Assembly (NCBI RefSeq): GCF_032444005.1
Contig: NC_091283.1
Location: 117,676,001-117,740,000, forward strand
Length of the DNA: 64,000 nucleotides
Source of the DNA: Ranitomeya imitator
Taxonomy: Eukaryota
Direction of reading: 5' to 3'
Within the stretch, counting starts at the first letter, position 1. Each line of letters starts with the position of its first letter. Positions 22,654-33,420 of this stretch are shown piece by piece. The notes beneath the pieces were generated by a model, which was not told the DNA's origin, did not search any database, and saw only the letters and a list, made by a program, of their open reading frames with translations. The position numbers and the translations under genes are program-made.

Positions 22654-25600
22654 TGTCATGATCCGTTCCAGGGTTCAGTCCTGTCTGCTCTTTTTCCGGG
22701 TGGATCACGTCAAGGGTTAACTTTGCTCTGCCTGACTCTGAGTTCCACGATTCTGCTCAGTGGACACCCGGGGATCTCTGCCACCCGGAAAGCCATTGCT
22801 AGGCTATTTTGCTGGCCCTCCATGACTTCTGATATCACTGTGTTTGTGTCTGCTTGTGATACCTGTGCCCGTGCTAAGAGCTCTCCTAACCGGCCGGCCG
22901 GGGAATTGGTGCCATTGCCAATTCAGAATCGACCTTGGACTCATTTGTCCATGGATTTTATCACTGATCTCCCTCCTTCTAATGGCAAAAGTGTAATCTG
23001 GGTAGTGATTGACAGATTCAGTAAACAGGCGCATTTTGCCTAATGCTGAAACACTATCTAAGCTGTTTGTTGAGCACATTGTATGGCTGCATGGCGTGCC
23101 TTTGAATGTAGTTTCTGATAGAGGGGTATAATTTGAGTCCAAATTTTGGAGGGCATTTTGTAAAAGATTGGGGGTTTGCTTGACCTTCTCCTCTTCTTAC
23201 CATCCTGAGACCAAAGGTCAGATGGAGAGGACCAATCAGTCACTTGAACAGATTTTGAGGTGTCTTGCTACGTCTCAGCACGATGATTGGTGTTCTTCAT
23301 TGCCCGTGGTTGAGTTTGCATTTAACAATCGGATTAACCAGCCCACGGGCACATCTCCATTCTTCTGTAACTATGGTTTTGGGATATCCAGGGGCTGATG
23401 CGGCGGTGAACGATTGGGAGAGGTGTGGAGGGTGGTCCAGAAAAACATTGGGGAGGTTCAGGGCAAACAAACTTTTTGCGGATAAGCGACGGTCTGTAGG
23501 GCCTATATTTCTGGTAGGAGATAAAGTATGGTTGTCTACCAGGAACATTCGTCTTAAGGTTCCTTCTGCTAAGCTGGGTCCCAGGTTTATTGATCCTTAT
23601 GAGATCATTGAGGTGGTCAATCCAGTTGCCTTTCGCTTAAGGCTTTCTCCGTCGCTTCAGATCCCCAACGTGTTCCATAAGTCCTTTCTTAAGTCATTTG
23701 TACCATCCTCTGCAGGGCCTCCATTCCCTCTGCCTCCTGTCTCTTTGGATGGTCAAACCAAGTTTGAAGTGGAACGGATTGTGGATTTTCGCATGGTTCA
23801 CTTCAGTATTTGGTCCATTAGAGGGGTTACAGTCCTGAGGATCGATCTTGGATCCCGGCGCAATCTGTCTATGCTGATCGATTCATCCGGGCATTTCATG
23901 CACATTATCCTGGGAAACCTGGGGGTCCGGTGGCCCCCCTTGAGAGGAGGGTACTGTCATAATTCATTCCAGGGTTTAGTCCTGTCTGCTCTTTTTCGGG
24001 CAGATCATGTCAAGGGTTAACTTTGCTCTGCTTCACTCTGGGTTCAGGTTTGCTATTTAGCTCCCAGGAATCCTGCTGGTGGTGTCAGCTATAGTTCTGC
24101 CTTCGGCGTGTGAACCTGACTCTGGTAATCCTTGATTTATCCTGCTGTGATCCCTGACTTGCCCCGTGTCTGTTGTCTTTCTCTGTCTGCCCTTTTCTCA
24201 GTATTTTCTCTGTTTCTCGGTTTGATTTTCTGGTTTCTGACTCTACCTGTATTCAGACTCGCTTCTTCTTTCTGTCTTTGTCTTATCCACTTCATCTCCT
24301 CTTCCTCTCACTGTCGGGGTACCTCAGGGCTCAGTCCTTGGCCCCCTTCTCTTCTCTCTCTACATGGCCCCAATTGGACAGACCATCAGCAGATTTGGCT
24401 TTCAGTACCATCTTTATGCCAATGACACACAACTATAAACATCCTCCCCTGACCTTACCCCCGCTGTACTACAGAACACCACTGACTGTCTGCAGTCTCC
24501 AACATCATGTCTGCTCTCTATCTGAAACTCAACCTCTCCAAAACGGAACTTCTTCTGCTCCCGCCATCTATTAACCTCCCTAAATCTGACATTTCCCTCT
24601 ATGTGGGTGGCACCAAAATAACACCACGGCAGCAGGCGCGCTGTCTGGGTTTTATGTTTGACTCCGATCTCTCCTTCACCTACCATATACAATCTCTTGC
24701 CCGCTCATGCCGTTTACATCTAAAGAACATCTCTTGAATCCGTCCTTTTCTCACCATGGAAACAACAAAAACCCTGACTGTCGCCCTGATCCTCTCCCGC
24801 CTGGACTACTGCAACGCTCTATTAATTGGCCTCCCCCTTACTCGACTTTCCCCACTCTAGTCTATCCTTAATGCAGCAGCCAGGGTCGTCCATCTGGCTA
24901 GTCATTACTCAGATGCATCCGCTCTTCGCCAGTCGTTACACTGGCTGCCCATTCACTACAGGATACAATTCAAAGTACTTGTTCTCACCCACAAAGCTCT
25001 TCACAGTGCAGCACCCCCTTACATCTCCTCCCTCATTTCGGTCTATCGGCCTAGCCGACCACTGCGCTCTGGAAATGACTTTCGACTAACCTCTGCACTA
25101 ATCCATACCTCCCACTCCCGACTCCAAGACTTCTCCTGCGCTACGCCAATCCTCTGGAATGCTCTACCCCAATATATTAGGCCCATCCACAATTTGCATA
25201 GTTTTAGGCGCTCGCTCAAAACACATTTGTCCAGAGCGGCCTATCACATTCAGTAATCAAAGTCATGTTATGTTTGTGTGTGTAGCCCATTCACTATCTC
25301 CATCTATCCCCCACCCTCTGAAGATGGCTGGACCATCATTGTAAATACATCATTGTAAATACACACCTGTACTTGGTATCTCCCCAACCTCATTGTAGAT
25401 TGTAAGCTCTCACGAGCAGGGTCGTTTTATTTCGCATTGATTATTGCATTGTTAACGTTGTTACTTATGACTGTTGTGTTTGAAACTGTTAAACTGTAAA
25501 GCGCTGCGGAATATGTTGGCGCTATATAAATAAAGATTATTGTTATTATTTATCCACTTCTGACCCTCCTGGCTTGCTCCTGACCATGTATATTGCTTAC

Positions 25601-25763
25601 TCCTTTTTGTATTTTGCCTCTGAACGTTTTTATGACTCGGCTTGTCTGACTTGGTGGCCCCTGTGCTGCTGCTTTGTGTAGCCACTCTGTGTACACAGTA
25701 TCACTTCCCTCTCAAGCTCCCTCTGGTGGAGGTTGCATTACACTGCACTGCAGCAGCATGACA
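22654..25763 (+). mobile_element. Internally deleted chromodomain Gypsy element in the L1 3' tail
   Basis: TGTCATG...CATGACA with 5-bp TSD GCTAG (22649-53 and 25764-68). ~90 bp of 5' LTR is joined to decayed integrase (GHPG, LSMDFITDLP, QMERTNQSLE, RFIDPYEI) and a chromodomain remnant; PPT at ~23941; 3' LTR from 23955. Confidence 0.88.
24294..25549 (+). mobile_element. 5'-truncated L2 LINE inside the Gypsy 3' LTR
   Basis: [18 protein letters not shown] motif; 3' end AAAGCGCTGCGGAATATGTTGGCGCTATATAAATAAAG(ATT)n; TSD TTATCCACTTC (24283-93 and 25550-60). Confidence 0.9.
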
Positions 25764-27471
25764 GCTAGTTTATAAAAAAAAATCTCAAAGTTGAGAACTG
25801 ACTATTATTTCCAGTCTAATGTCATACCTAAAAAAACATTATTGTTTCTCTTCCCCTAGGCTACAACTGAAACCTAAAGATTAATTGATGATTTATTGAG
25901 TTTTAGTGCTAATTCATGCTCACACCATAAGCATCATGACATAAGATAGTTTACTTCTGCCTTATTCACTATGGTTTCCTATATTCCAATCTTGCATGAT
26001 TGGATTCAAGTTCTGGTAATTATTTTGTGGGTCTATAATATTTACTGTTTAACAGGCTCCTTAACCCCTTTCTGCCATTGGACGTAATATTCCGTCCATG
26101 TGGGGTGGGCCTTAATTCCCAAGGACGGAATATTACGTCCAGCGCGATCGGCCGCGCTCACGGGGGGAGCGCGGCCGATCGCGGCCGGGTGTCAGCTGCT
26201 TATCGCAGCTGACATCCGGCACTATGTGCCAGGAGCGGTCACGGACCGCCCCCAACACATTAACCCCCGGCAAAGATGATCGCGATGTGCCGGCGGTGCA
26301 GGGAAGCATCGCGCAGGGAGGGGGATCCCTGCGTGCTTCCCTGAGACCCCCGCATCAACGCGATGTGATCGCATTGCTCCGGGGGTCTCCTACCTCCCTC
26401 CCTGCAGTAAGTCCCGGATCCAAGATGGCCGCGGATCCGGGTCCTACAGGGAGGGAGGTGCCTTACCAAGTGCCTGCTCAGAGCAGGCACTTGGTAACGC
26501 TGCACTGCTCTCAGACAGATCGGTGATCTGTCAGAGTGCTGTGCAAACTGGCAGATCACCGATCTGTATTGTCCCCCCCTGGGACAAAGTAAAAAAGTAA
26601 AAAAAAAAATTTCCAAGTGTGTAAAAAAAAAAAAATCCTAAATAATGAAAAAAAAAAAATATTCCCATAAATACATTTCTTTATCTAAATAATAAAAAAA
26701 AACAATAAAAGTACACATATTTAGTATCGCCGCGTCCGTAACGACCCGACCTATAAAACTGGCCCACTAGTTAACCCCTTCAGTAAACACCGTAAGAAAA
26801 AAAAAAAAACGAGGCAAAAAACAACGCTATATTATCATACCGCCAAACAAAAAGTGGAATAACACGCGATCAAAAAGACGGATATAAATAGCCATGGTAC
26901 CACTGAAAGCGTCATCTTGTCCCGCAAAAAATGAGCCGCCATACAGCAACATCAGTAAAAAAATTAAAAAGTTATAGTCCTCAGAATAAAGCGATGCAAA
27001 AATAATTATTTTTTTCTATAAAATAGTTTTTATCGTATAAAAGCGCCAAAACATAAAAAAATGATATAAATGAGGTGTCGCTGTAATCATACTGAACCGA
27101 AAAATAAAACTGCTTTATCAATTTTACCAAACGCGGAACGGTATAAACGCCTCCCCCAAAAGAAATTCATGAATAGCTGGTTTTTGGTCATTCTGCCTCA
27201 CAAAAATCGGAATAAAAAGCGATCAAAAATGTCACGTGCCCGAAAATGTTACCAATAAAAACGTCAACTCGTCCCGCAAAAAACAAGACCTCACATGACT
27301 CTGTGGACTCAAATATGGAAAAATTATAGCTCTCAAAATGTGGTAACGCAAAAAATATTTTTTGCAATAAAAAGCGTCTTTCAGTGTGTGACGGCTGCCA
27401 ATCATAAAAATCCGCTAAAAAAACCCGCTATAAAAGTAAATGAAAAAAATGTATTTATTTCCATTTTCCCA

Positions 27472-27910
27472 TTAGGGTTAGGGCTAGGGTTAGGGCTAGG
27501 GTTAGGGCTAGGGCTAGGGTTAGGGCTAGGGCTAGGGTTAGGGCTAGGGTTAGGGCTAGGGCTAGGGTTAGGGCTAGTGTTAGGGCTAGGGTTAGGGCTA
27601 GAGNNNNNNNNNNNNNNNNNNNNNNNNNNNNNNNNNNNNNNNNNNNNNNNNNNNNNNNNNNNNNNNNNNNNNNNNNNNNNNNNNNNNNNNNNNNNNNNNN
27701 NNNNNNNNNNNNNNNNNNNNNNNNNNNNNNNNNNNNNNNNNNNNNNNNNNNNNNNNNNNNNNNNNNNNNNNNNNNGGTTGGGGCTAAAGTTAGGGTTAGG
27801 GTTTGGATTACATTTACGGTTGGGAATAGGGTTGGGATTAGGGTTAGGGGTGTGTCTGGGTTAGAGGTGTGGTTAGGGTTACCGTTGGGATTAGGGTTAG
27901 GGGTGTGTTT
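27472..27910 (+). repeat. Telomere-like TTAGGG/CTAGGG tract inside copy 2 (includes assembly gap 27604-27775)
   Basis: About 22 consecutive hexamers (TTAGGG/CTAGGG) at 27472-27603, then degenerate GGGTTAGGG/GGGTTGGG after the gap. Confidence 0.95.
27604..27775. other. Assembly gap (172 N)
   Basis: N run inside the telomere-like tract. Confidence 1.
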
Positions 27911-30362
27911 GGATTAGGGTTTCAGTTATAATTGGGGGGTTTCCACTGTTTAGGCACATCAGGGGGATCTCCAAACGCGACATGGCGACCGATCTCAATT
28001 CCATCCAATTCTGCATTGAAAAAGTAAAACAGTGCTCCTTCCCTTCCGAGCTCTCCCGTGTGCCCAAACAGGAGTTTACCCCAACATATGGGGTATCAGC
28101 GTACTCAGGACAAATTGGACAACAACTTTTGGGGTCCAATTTCTCCTGTTACCCTTGGGAAAATACAAAACTGGGGGCTAAAAAATAATTTTTGTGGGAA
28201 AAAGAGAGATTTTTTATTTTCACGGCTCTGCGTTATAAACTGTAGTGAAACACTTGGGGGCTCAAAGTTCTCACAACACATCTAGATAAGTTCGTGGGGG
28301 GTCTAGTTTCCAATATGGGGTCACTTGTGGGGGTTTCTACTGTTTAGGTATATTAGGGGCTCTGCAAACGCAATGTGACGCCTGCAGACCATTCCATCTA
28401 AGTCTGCATTCCAAATGGCGCTCCTTCCCTTCCGAGCCCTCCCATGCGCCCAAACGCTGGTTCCCCCCCCACATATGGGGTATCAACGCACTCAGGACAA
28501 ATTGGACAACAACTTTTGGGGTCCAATTTCTCCTTTTACCCTCGAGAAAATACAAAACTGGGGGCTAAAAAATAATTTTGAGGGGAATTTTTTATTTTTA
28601 TTTTCACGGCTTTGCGTTATAAACTGTAGTGAAATACTTGGGGGCTCAAAGTTCTCACAACACAACTAGATAAGTTCCTTGGGGGGTCTAGTTTCCAATA
28701 TGGGGTCACTTGTGGGGGGTTTCTACTGTTTAGGTACATTAGGGGCTCTGCAAACACAATGTGACGCCTGCAGACCATTCCATCTAAGTCTGTATTCCAA
28801 ATGGCGCTCCTTCCCTTCCGAACCCTCCCATGCGCCCAAACGCTGGTTCTCCCCCACATATAGGGTATCAGCGCACTCAGGACAAATTGCACAACAACTT
28901 TTGGGGTCCAATTTCTCCTGTTACCCTCAGGAAAATACAAAACTGGGGGCTAAAAAATTATTTTTGTGGGAAAAAATGTTTGTTTTATTTTTACGGCTCT
29001 GCATTATAAACTTCTGTGAAGCTCTTATTGGGTCAAAGTGCTCACCACACCTCTAGATAAGTTCCTTAGGGGGTCTACTTTCCAAAATGGTGTCACTTGT
29101 GGGGGGTTTCAATGTTTAGGCACATCAGTGGCTCTCCAAACGCAACATGGCGTCCCATCTCAATTCCTGTCAATTTTGCATTGAAAGGTCAAACGGCGCT
29201 CCTTCCCTTCCGAGCTCTCCCATGCGCCCAAACAATGGTTTACCCCCACATATGGGGTATCAGAGTACTCAGGACAAATTGTGCCACAACTTTTGTGGTC
29301 CAATTTCTTCTCTTACCATTGGGAAAATAAAAAATTGGGGGCGAAAAGATAATTTTTGTGAAAAAAAATGATTTTTTATTTTTACGGCTCTGCATTATAA
29401 ACTTCTGTGAAGCACTTGGTGGGTCAAAGTGCTCACCACACCTCTAGATAAGTTCCTTAGGGGGTCTACTTTCCAAAATGGTGTCACTTGTGGGGGTTTC
29501 AATGTTTAGGCACATCAGTGGCTCTCCAAACGCAACATGGCGTCCCATCTCAATTCCAGTCAATTTTGCATTGAAAAGTCAAATGGCGCTCCTTCCCTTC
29601 CGAGCTCTGCCATGCGCCCAAACTGTGGTTAACCCCCACATATGGGGTATCAGCGTACTCAGGACAAATCGTACAACAACGTTTGGGGTCAATTTTCTCC
29701 TTTAACCCTTGGTAAAATAAAACAAATTGGAGCTGAAGTAAATTTTTTGTGAAAAAAAGTTAAATGTTAATTTTTATTTAAACATTCCAAAAATTCCTGT
29801 GAAGCACCTGAAGGGTTAATAAACTTCTTGAATGTGGTTTTGAGAACCTTGAGGGGTGCAGTTTTTAGAATGGTGTCACACTTGGGTATTTTCTATCATA
29901 TAGACCCCTCAAAATGACTTCAAATGAGATGTGGTCCCTAAAATAAAATGGTGTTGTAAAAATGAGAAATTGCTGGTCAACTTTTAACCCTTATAACTCC
30001 CTAACAAAAAAAAATTTTGGTTCCAAAGTTGTGCTGATGTAAAGTAGACATGTGGGAAATGTTACTTATTGAGTATTTTGTGTGACATTTCTCTGTGATT
30101 TAATTGCATAAAAATTCAAAGTTGGAAAATTGCGAAATTTTCAAAATTTTCGCCAAATTTCCGTTTTTTTCACAAATAAACGCAGGTAATATCAAAGAAA
30201 TTTTACCACTATCATGAAGTACAATATGTCACGAGAAAACAATGTCACCGGGATCCGTTGAAGCGTTCCAGAGTTATAACCTCATAAAGGGACAGTGGTC
30301 AGAATTGTAAAAATTGGCCCGGTCCATAACGTGCAAACCACCCTTGGGGGTAAAGGGGTTAA

Positions 30363-30777
30363 AGGGAATCTGTCACCAGGTTTTTGCTACATCATCTGAG
30401 AGCAGTATAATATATTAAAAGAGCCTGTGATTCCAGTGATCTCTCACTTACTTTACTGGGTGCAGACGTTTTGGCACAATCAGAGTTTTTAGATGTAACA
30501 TACAGCAGAGCTCAGAGAGCTAACCCCACCAAGAGGACAGATTTCTGTGTACATTGTACATTGACAGTGAGCTGCTTACCAAAGGAGGGGGCATGGTCAT
30601 ACCAGAGCTCATTTACACTGGGATCCTGACAGTGATAATCTCTAGGTGATAAAATGTTAAATTTATGTAAACAACAGAACACAGCCTAATAAGTGACACA
30701 TCCCTTAAACCTGTGTCTCAGACCCTACCTCATGCTGTCCTTAGATTACATAGCCAAAACCCACTAACCGATTCTCT
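30363..30777. mobile_element. TTAA-flanked Kolobok/T2-type MITE
   Basis: TTAA|AGGGAATCTG...CCGATTCTCT|TTAA; shares its left TTAA with piggyBac-type copy 2; same family as 56407-57475. Confidence 0.75.
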
Positions 30778-31899
30778 TTAAGTCATATTTTGGATAGCTT
30801 GACATTTTATCACTTTTTTCTAATAAACTACTTTCTTAATTAGTTTTCTGCTGAGCTTCATAACTTACAGTACCATAGGCATTAAGAATTTGCTGAATAC
30901 TAATAATTATTAGTTTTCATTGATGGGATAATATTGGTGTTATTTTAAAATTGGATTTTAAAATTGGATCTTCTATTTGTTAAGTGAAGTGAGATAATAA
31001 TGATCTTTTTTGCAAGTATTAAGAACTCCCCTTCTATATTTTCCTAATAAACATCAGAATAACAATAATGCTTTACTGACGTTCTTTTACATATTTCCAA
31101 ATATTAGAATTGCGTTATTTGTCACGTTAGACTTCAGATTAATTCACATATCTTTGTAGTGCCTAGCTTTTCTGTTTAGAACAATTTCAGTCAGACATAG
31201 TACAGAATTTGTGCCATGACACAATGCCTATGGGAAATCTGCCCTGGAACAACTGCAAGTTTAAACCTTTAAAAATATAGAGTCTAAGCTGAGGCCAACT
31301 GCTCCCTCCTCTTCATTCTATGATCATGTGAAGAGTAATTGAACATTGCTGTTATGGTGTTGCAATGTCTTATTTATATCCAGCCCACAGAAACGCATCT
31401 ACCAGCACGGATGATAATGCTTAATTAGACCATCTGATAAGGAAGAATCTTGGCTGCTAAATAAATTGTTGGTACTTAACTCTCAAAATATTGTATTGGT
31501 CGAAATCAAGTTAGCAGCTGGTCCTTTCACACTGATATCATGCATTATGCAGGAAATGTAGCACCATCTATGAGGACAATTATGGCTATATAGTTTTCTT
31601 CAAGATCATGACACCTCACATACATATTGTAGACAATACTGGAAACAAAGAAGAGTTTTTTATAAAAAAAAAAAAAATTGAAACTGCAAAGAACAAAAAA
31701 ATCAATTTATGTTATCTTTATATTAAAAAAGTAATTGATTCTAAAAATAAGTAAAGCAATTGCAGTTAAAGCACAGATAAGGCTGGATTTACAACATGTC
31801 TACGAAAAACCATTTATGTATTAAACTTGCCTATATAATACCATCATATTCTGCAGACATGATGATCATCACTGTCCTCATTGGGACTCAAAATTTATA

Positions 31900-32030
31900 T
31901 TGCCTCTCAGTATGCCTTTTGACTGTGAGTTGAAACCAATGCAAACACACATATAAACTCCTTGGAAATGTTGTCCTTGGTGGGATTTGATCCCAGGACC
32001 CCAGCACTACAAGGATGCAATGTTAAGTAC
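31900..32030 (-). mobile_element. tRNA-derived SINE remnant
   Basis: The reverse complement contains B-box-like GGGATCAAATCCCACC within CTGGGGTCCTGGGATCAAATCCCACCAAGGACAACAT. Confidence 0.55.
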
Positions 32031-32327
32031 TAAGAAAACACAAAAAAGCACAGTAAAACCAAAAACACACTGTTGCAAAAAAATCACAGTGGACAGCAAG
32101 TGCTAGTAAAAAGATGGAAAAAACAGGGTATTTGGTTGATACGTTTTTTGCAAAAAATGTATATTAAGCCGCTCTACCAAACGTCAAGGTATACCCATAT
32201 CAGAGCAGTCCTAACTAATGTATGTAATCCCTATCTGATGTATTTAAAACCTGGTCATATGTACAATACCTGTATGAGCAGGATTCAGAAAAATGTGTTC
32301 TGGTTTCATACAATGTTAAGAACTAAG

Positions 32328-32637
32328 TAGTGATGAGCGAATATACTCCTTACTCGAGATTTCCTGAGCATGCTCGGGGGTCCTCCGAGTATTTATTAGT
32401 GCTCGGAGATTTAGTTTTCATCGCCTCAGCTGAATGATTTACAGCTTTTAGCCAGGCTAAGTACATGTGGGGGTTGCCTGGTTGCTAGGGAATCCCCACA
32501 TTTAATCAAGCTGGCTAGTAGCTGTAAATCATTCAGCTGCGGTGAAAAAACTAAATCTCCGAGCACTAAAAAATACTCGGAGGACCACCGAGCGTGCTCG
32601 GGAAATCTCGACTAACGAGTATATTCGCTCATCACTA
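32328..32637. mobile_element. Palindromic hAT MITE (310 bp)
   Basis: TAGTGATGAGCGAATATACTC...GAGTATATTCGCTCATCACTA; TSD GAACTAAG/GTACTAAG; inverted symmetry over most of its length. Confidence 0.9.
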
Positions 32638-33139
32638 GTACTAAGCCACCATGCTGTCTTGCATAAATGATGGACAAATCTTGGCAACATTTTAGATCGC
32701 ATGATTGACTGCACAAGCATAAGTTTTGTTGAAATATCATTTTTATAGTGACATATATTGGAAAAGGGGACATAGGCAACAATTCATCAAGACTGATAAG
32801 AAAATCAGGGTCATGGTGGAGTGAGATGCTCCTGATTCACGTGGAGGTTCATCATTCTTCTTGAATCTTGAGCATGTGATGAGTTGCATACGCCTCCGTA
32901 TGCCATACTGTAGCACCCCAGAGTCCGGTTGCCACGGTGACATTGCCTCTCTCTAAGGGGTGATGTCATGCCTGGAGGCAAGAAGTAAGGTCCACATGCC
33001 AGGTAACACAGTGTACATGTCAATTCCTACTTCAGGCCAGAAAGGGGAGCTTCCTTATTAATTCTGGCCAGCAGGTGGGGTTAGTGAGTAAGAAAGAAGT
33101 CAGCTGAGAGAGTAAACAGGGGAGTTGTCATGGAAACAT

Positions 33140-33420
33140 TTAATTCAGTGTTTTATATATTTGCTGAAGGTGATGGTGTGGGTGTTTTTTTTTCTCTTAC
33201 CACACCTGTTATGTCTTTGTATAAATTGATGCTATGCCTGGAGAGAGCTAATTGAGACTAAGAGCACTTGTGTGTTCGAAACGCGTACAGTTTACACAAG
33301 CACTCTCCTTCCAGTATATCCGGCTTTTGTATGTCTTATAGTCTATTTCTATTTTAAATGAATACAATGAAAGTTAAGTGATTTTATCTCTTGGAGCTGG
33401 ATTCCCTTTTTTACACATTA
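33140..33420 (+). mobile_element. Penelope-like remnant with a degenerate hammerhead motif
   Basis: CGAAACGCGTA at 33277-87 (palindromic stem III typical of Penelope hammerheads), preceded by CTAAGAGCAC. Boundaries approximate. Confidence 0.45.

Larger units (their letters stand above)
11826..25780 (+). mobile_element. L1-clade non-LTR retrotransposon with both ends present, decayed, carrying nested insertions
   Basis: 15-bp TSD AATCTCAAAGTTGAG at 11811-11825 and 25781-25795. G-rich 5' start GGGGTGTGGCTTGGC; AATAAA at 22640; A-tail ~25774-25782; ORF2 motifs throughout. Confidence 0.88.
26065..30358. mobile_element. Non-autonomous piggyBac-type element, copy 2
   Basis: TTAA|CCCCTTT...AAAGGGG|TTAA; colinear with copy 1; telomere-like tract; five ~385-bp repeats. 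Confidence 0.88.

Noticed and set aside
23265-24020. 251-aa ORF as a separate gene
   Set aside because: Frameshifted piece of the decayed Gypsy integrase running into the LTR.
27472-27603. True chromosome end or telomere-fusion site
   Set aside because: The tract is internal to a TTAA-flanked element, recurs at the same position in sibling copies, is rich in variant hexamers and has no head-to-head inversion.
27295-27864. 189-aa ORF with (GL)n repeats
   Set aside because: Translation of the TTAGGG/CTAGGG tract across an N gap; no coding evidence.
31410-31445. TAAT/TAATTA, E-box and GATA motif cluster as an enhancer
   Set aside because: Short motifs expected by chance in AT-rich DNA; no other support.
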